From positions 73,942 through 137,941 of the forward strand of contig CABUPU010000002.1 in the NCBI GenBank assembly GCA_902493595.1: a DNA stretch of 64,000 nucleotides, read 5' to 3'. This document shows positions 59,282 to 64,000 of this stretch, piece by piece. The notes beneath the pieces were generated by a model. It had not been told where the DNA came from. It worked only from the letters and a program-made list of their open reading frames with translations, and did not search any database. The DNA is from an uncultured Mycoplasma sp. (GTDB lineage Bacteria; Bacillota_I; Bacilli_A; RF39; UBA660). Both the position numbers and the translations under genes were made by a program. Numbering within the stretch: position 1 is the stretch's first letter; each line of letters starts with the position of its first letter.

Positions 59282-62203
59282 TTATTCGATATTATTTTCA
59301 AGTTTTACGCTTACTAGCTTAGATACCCCACTCTCTTGCATTGTTACACCATATAAGTTACTTGCATATTCCATCATTTTCTTTTTATGAGTAATTAATA
59401 TAAATTGACTAATATTTTGCATACTTTTTAAATAATCACCAAACATTGATACATTTTCTTCATCAAGTGGTGCCTCAACCTCATCTAAAACAATAAATGG
59501 AGCTGGTTTAACATTAAGTATTGCAAATATAAGACATATTGCAGTGAGTGCTTTTTCTCCTCCGGAAAGCATTGATGTAGAATTAAGTTTTTTTCCTGGA
59601 GGAACTGCTAAAATAGAGATTCCTGTATTAAGTAAATCATTTTCATCAGTTAGTTTTAAAACACCATTTCCACCTTTAAACATCTTCCTAAATACAATAG
59701 AAAATTCAGTAGATATTTTATCAAAAGTCTCTTTAAAACGTTTTTTCATAATATCATCCATTTCATCAATAATATTATAAAGTTCTTTAGAGGATGACTC
59801 TAAATCATCTTTTTGACCTGCTAAAAAGTCATATCTTTTACTTAATCTATCATATTCAAAAATACTTCCTGTATTAATATTTGTAAGTCCTTTTAAATCA
59901 TTTTTATATTTAATTACAATTTCCCGAGCCTCTTCAGGATCCATAGTAAGTTCATATGATTTTAAGGCATTTTCATAAGTCATATTATACTCATTTTGAA
60001 GATTTTCAAGAAGTGAGTCCATTTTTACCTCTAACTTACCAATTTCAATTTCATTATTTTTAATTAAGCTTTCATTTTTATTATATTTACTATTTACTTC
60101 ATTAATCTTTCTTTCCAAATCTTCAATCTTATTATTTAAATCAAACTTTCTAGATTTCAAAGAAATCAAATTATTTTCAAGGATCTCTTTTTCTTTAGAT
60201 TTACTATTAAGTGTATATAATATTTCCTCGATTTTATCATTTAAAGTATTATTATTAAGGTTTTTAAAACCATCAATATTGCTTTCAGTGTATGTTAATT
60301 TATCTTTTGTTTCCGATAAAACTCTTTCTTTATTTTCAATTAAAACTCTTTTTTCAGTTAATTTATAATTAATTTCATTAATCTCTTTCTCAAGTTCTTC
60401 ATATTTATCATTAGCATTATCTAAAGTAACAGATATACTTTGTAGTAATCCTTTTTTATCATTATATTCATTTTGCATATGTAAAAGGTTTAATTTATCA
60501 TCATTATTTGTATTTACTCTACCACCACTTACTGCACCGCCTGAATATAGGATATCTCCCTCTAAAGAGACAATTTTATATTTATAATCAGTCTTTTTAC
60601 CAATTTTATTTGCATCATCAAGACTGTCTACAATAATAACATTACCAAGTTGATTTTCAATAATATTTTTATATTTTTTATCATAACTTACAAGATCAGA
60701 TGCAATTCCTATGAAACCAGTTAAATCTTTAATACTATTTAATGCTATATTATCAATATAACGAGATTTTATAGTATCAAGAGGAAAGAATGTACATCTT
60801 CCTAAATCAAAGTTTTTAAGATACTTAATAGCTCTTTTTGCACTATCAAAGTCAGTTGTTACTATAAAGTTTTTAGCGGCTCCTAAAGAAGATGAAATGG
60901 CTATTTTATGAGCATCATTTACTTCGATTAAGTTTTCAATACGATCACAAATACCACTTAAAGCTTTTGAATTTAAAACTGCTGCAATACTTTTTGGTAA
61001 AAATGAGTTGTTTTCAATATTACTTTTAGCAATATTAATTTTATTTTCTAAGTCAAATAGTTCTTTGGATTTAACATTATAATCACTTTTTAAAGTTGTA
61101 ATTTTAATTTTTTCTTTTAACTGTGCATTATTTTTATCATTATATTCCTTAATTAAAATATTGTATTCATCCTTTAAAGATTTTATTTCACTATCAAGGA
61201 CAGCAATATTTTTTTCAATAGATAGTTTTTCTTCCTTAAGTCTAAGTAGGTTTTCATTAATTGCACTTTCGTTTACACTTAATTTTACTCTTTCTAAATT
61301 AATTTGTTTTTGACTTTGAAGTCTTGATATATCATCATTAATTTGAATAATTTGTTCATTTGATTTGGTTATTTCTTCATCCATTTGTAAAAGGATTAAT
61401 TTAAGTTTTTCAAGTTCCTCAGGATGCAGAAAAACATTTACCTCTTGCTCTTTTTTTAATTTGTTATTCTCAAGTTTAATGTTTTCATATCTTTCTTTTA
61501 TATTTGTTATATCACTGGCAATTAAAGATACCTCAATATTTTCAAGATTATCTTTTATTTTGATATATTTTTCGGCCTCTTTTTTTTGTTTTTCTAATGG
61601 CTTTAATGAAGACATAACTTCCTTGATTATTAGGTTTAATCTAGTGATATTTTCTTTGGTATTATCTAGTTTTTTTAATGTTTCCTCTTTTCTTTTTTTA
61701 TATTTTAATACTCCTGCAGCATTTTCAAATAGAACTCTTCTTTCTGAGGATTTATTATCCACTAATGCATTAATATTTCCTTGAGTAATTATGTTGAACT
61801 TTGATGAAACATCAAGTATAAGGTCAGTAATATCTTTAAGTCTTACTCTTGAATTATTTATGAAATATTCATTTTCGCCAGTTTTATAAATAGTTCTTTT
61901 TATTTCAACTTCACCAAACTCTGATGGTAAAGTATGATCTTCATTATCAAATAAAATACTTACACTTGCTTTAGTTAAACCCTCTCTTGATTTAGAACCA
62001 CTAAAAATGATGTCGCTCATTTTGTCATCACCACGTAAAGTTTTGACACTTTGCTCTCCTAAAACCCATAAAAGAGCATCAACAACATTACTTTTACCGC
62101 TTCCATTAGGTCCAACTATTGCACATATATTTTTATCAAAATCTAATTCTGTTTTATCAGCAAAGGACTTAAATCCTTGCATTTTAATATTTTTTATATA
62201 CAT
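59282..62203 (-). CDS. smc: chromosome segregation protein SMC (short, 973 aa)
   Basis: Walker A GPNGSGKSN, a coiled-coil, hinge, signature LSGGEK, and Walker B VLDEVEAPLD. Confidence 0.9.
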   Translation of the reverse strand: MYIKNIKMQGFKSFADKTELDFDKNICAIVGPNGSGKSNVVDALLWVLGEQSVKTLRGDDKMSDIIFSGSKSREGLTKASVSILFDNEDHTLPSEFGEVEIKRTIYKTGENEYFINNSRVRLKDITDLILDVSSKFNIITQGNINALVDNKSSERRVLFENAAGVLKYKKRKEETLKKLDNTKENITRLNLIIKEVMSSLKPLEKQKKEAEKYIKIKDNLENIEVSLIASDITNIKERYENIKLENNKLKKEQEVNVFLHPEELEKLKLILLQMDEEITKSNEQIIQINDDISRLQSQKQINLERVKLSVNESAINENLLRLKEEKLSIEKNIAVLDSEIKSLKDEYNILIKEYNDKNNAQLKEKIKITTLKSDYNVKSKELFDLENKINIAKSNIENNSFLPKSIAAVLNSKALSGICDRIENLIEVNDAHKIAISSSLGAAKNFIVTTDFDSAKRAIKYLKNFDLGRCTFFPLDTIKSRYIDNIALNSIKDLTGFIGIASDLVSYDKKYKNIIENQLGNVIIVDSLDDANKIGKKTDYKYKIVSLEGDILYSGGAVSGGRVNTNNDDKLNLLHMQNEYNDKKGLLQSISVTLDNANDKYEELEKEINEINYKLTEKRVLIENKERVLSETKDKLTYTESNIDGFKNLNNNTLNDKIEEILYTLNSKSKEKEILENNLISLKSRKFDLNNKIEDLERKINEVNSKYNKNESLIKNNEIEIGKLEVKMDSLLENLQNEYNMTYENALKSYELTMDPEEAREIVIKYKNDLKGLTNINTGSIFEYDRLSKRYDFLAGQKDDLESSSKELYNIIDEMDDIMKKRFKETFDKISTEFSIVFRKMFKGGNGVLKLTDENDLLNTGISILAVPPGKKLNSTSMLSGGEKALTAICLIFAILNVKPAPFIVLDEVEAPLDEENVSMFGDYLKSMQNISQFILITHKKKMMEYASNLYGVTMQESGVSKLVSVKLENNIE

Positions 62204-62206
62204 AAT

Positions 62207-62854
62207 CTACCTTGCACTTTTCCTTAAGGCATCTTTTGCTGCCATTTGTTCTGCTTCTTTTTTAGATTTACCCGTGCCACTTCCTAGTGTTAAACCATCT
62301 ACAATAGCATCAGCTTTAAATAAAGGTTTTCCTTCTTCATCTGTAATGCTTTCTACTTCATAAATTACTGACCTTTGACTTGTTTGAACAACCTCTTGAA
62401 AAGCAGTTTTATAATCAGCAAAGAACTGTTCATTTCTTTGAATGTGAGGTATAACAACAGCATAAATATATCTTTTACAAGTTTCAAATCCTTGATCAAT
62501 ATATATAACCGCTAAAATAGCCTCAAAAACATCTGCAATTATTGTTTCATTTGCTTTACCATGAAGACCATTGCCAACCTTAATAAATCCAGCATAACCT
62601 ACTTCTTTAGCATAAACATTTAAAGCATCCTCACATACATAACTAGCTCTAATTTTAGTCATTTGGCCCTCTTTTAAGTTATGCTTATTATATAAATACT
62701 CACTTACTATTACACTTAATACTGCATCTCCCAAAAACTCTAGTTTTTCATATGAATTTATATTATTTTCATATGCATAAGAAGAATGTGTTAATGCTTC
62801 TGATAATAACATTGCATTATTAATTTTAATGTTATATTTTTCTAAGAAATTCAT
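62207..62854 (-). CDS. rnc: ribonuclease III
   Basis: ERLEFLGDA signature and a dsRBD C-terminus. AGGTGAGT RBS upstream of the ATG giving MNFLEK. Confidence 0.9.
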   Translation of the reverse strand: MNFLEKYNIKINNAMLLSEALTHSSYAYENNINSYEKLEFLGDAVLSVIVSEYLYNKHNLKEGQMTKIRASYVCEDALNVYAKEVGYAGFIKVGNGLHGKANETIIADVFEAILAVIYIDQGFETCKRYIYAVVIPHIQRNEQFFADYKTAFQEVVQTSQRSVIYEVESITDEEGKPLFKADAIVDGLTLGSGTGKSKKEAEQMAAKDALRKSAR

Positions 62855-62949
62855 ATACTCACCTACTACTTTCCTTAGTAAGTATAACATATTATTAGGT
62901 AATTGTAAATTTTAAAAATATATAGTATAATACTAATTATGGACGAAAT

Positions 62950-63156
62950 ATGAAAATGATTATAATATATTTAATAAGAGGTTATCAAATTATTCCAAAT
63001 ATATCACATAAAATGTGTAGATTTACTCCAACATGTAGTGAATATATGATTGAATCTATTTATAAGTATGGCGTAATTAAAGGCTTAAAACTTGGTTTTA
63101 AAAGGTTAAAAAGATGTCGTCCAAATGGAAAATGTGGATATGATCCTGTTCCATGA
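62950..63156 (+). CDS. yidD: membrane protein insertion efficiency factor
   Basis: YQ..SP.....CRFTPTCSEY...I.KYG..KG..LG.KR..RC.P. Confidence 0.85.
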   Translation: MKMIIIYLIRGYQIIPNISHKMCRFTPTCSEYMIESIYKYGVIKGLKLGFKRLKRCRPNGKCGYDPVP

Positions 63157-63170
63157 AAGGAAAAAATTAA

Positions 63171-64000
63171 ATGAAATTAAAATTATTTAAAACATTTTGC
63201 TTGCTAACCTTATTTGCATTAATATTATCTTCGTGTTCAATTAAAAAAGATGACCTCGAAGGTGCCACTATTTATACTACGGTTTACCCAGTAAACTATT
63301 TAGTAAAATATTTATATAATGATTATGGGCAAATAGATAGTATTTATCCAAAAGATTGTGATTTAAATACTTATAAATTAACAGGAAAACAAATTACAAA
63401 TTATGCAAATGCTAACCTTTTTGTTTATAATGGTTTAACTAAAGAAAAAGAGATTGCTAAAACTTTATTAAATAAAAACAAAAATCTTTTGATAATTGAT
63501 GTTTCTTATGGATTGTCTTATGAAAATGATCCTGCTGAACTTTGGTTAAGCCCTAAAAATTATTTAATGCTTGCTAAAAATATTAAAGAGAATCTTACAA
63601 ATTATTTGACAAGTAAATATATTATCGAAGAGGTTAATAAAAATTATGCTGATTTCGAGGAAAAAATATCTCTTATGGATGCTAACTTAAGAAGTATAGC
63701 AAATGAAGCACAATCTAATGGTAAATATACAATTATTGCAAGTAGTAAAGTATTTAACTTTCTTAAAAGCTATGGATTTGATATAATTAGTCTTGATGAT
63801 GCAGATAATTTAAAAGAAAACAAATATAATAATATAAAATCTAAATTTAAAAATAAAAAATATACATATATCTTATGTACAGAAAATGATAAAGATAATG
63901 AAAAAATAAAAGAGTTAGTTAATAATAATGCTAAATTAATTGATGTTAATCTAATGACCTTATCTATGGATGATGATTATTTCAGTACAATGACTTCTTT
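63171..64000 (+). CDS. metal ABC transporter substrate-binding lipoprotein (ZnuA/TroA family), 3' end outside window
   Basis: Lipoprotein signal LFALILSSC. YTTVYPVNYLVK and AELWLSP blocks resemble ZnuA/TroA. No stop before position 64000. Confidence 0.7.
   Translation, partial: MKLKLFKTFCLLTLFALILSSCSIKKDDLEGATIYTTVYPVNYLVKYLYNDYGQIDSIYPKDCDLNTYKLTGKQITNYANANLFVYNGLTKEKEIAKTLLNKNKNLLIIDVSYGLSYENDPAELWLSPKNYLMLAKNIKENLTNYLTSKYIIEEVNKNYADFEEKISLMDANLRSIANEAQSNGKYTIIASSKVFNFLKSYGFDIISLDDADNLKENKYNNIKSKFKNKKYTYILCTENDKDNEKIKELVNNNAKLIDVNLMTLSMDDDYFSTMTS

Overview
This is a 64-kb window of very AT-rich chromosome (GC about 28% by eye) from a cell-walled Firmicutes-like bacterium. The core is syntenic housekeeping DNA: PBP, mraY, a ybxB-like methyltransferase followed by rpoB-rpoC, rpsD, tRNA-Arg, an operon of relA, dtd, a LysM gene and a CotS-like gene, a ylbL-like protease, mutS, a xer recombinase, and rnc-smc converging on yidD and a znuA-like lipoprotein. 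Several accessory features are embedded in it. (1) Positions 1-9.2 kb hold a head-to-tail array of at least four paralogous genes (763-802 aa). They share a roughly 290-aa C-terminal domain at about 80% identity and have divergent N-terminal halves with BspA-type LRR-like repeats. Each gene is followed by the same 34-bp terminator-plus-promoter cassette, and non-adjacent copies share exact DNA tracts of 72 and 205 nt. (2) A COG1373-type AAA+ ATPase gene has a perfect 14+2+14 palindrome over its promoter and sits beside a decayed partial duplicate of the neighbouring PBP gene. (3) A 1253-aa DEAH/ResIII-type helicase carries nine tandem helicase-associated (HA) domains encoded by near-identical repeats of about 220 bp. 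(4) Three translationally coupled genes at 43.1-45.9 kb have type IV prepilin leaders, encode unusually large products, and have no assembly ATPase in the window. (5) Between the xer gene and zupT lies a small island. It holds an inactivated Rpn/YhgA-like nuclease gene, a 40-aa highly basic peptide gene with a perfect SD, and a type III toxin-antitoxin / abortive-infection-like locus. That locus comprises a ToxN/AbiQ-like protein gene preceded by 2.3 copies of a 50-nt direct repeat (ToxI-like RNA), its own promoter and an intervening terminator. I also record homopolymer-frameshifted and decayed genes (an XRE HTH gene, the Rpn-like gene, the PBP fragment), duplicated promoter/RBS modules, and several rho-independent terminators.
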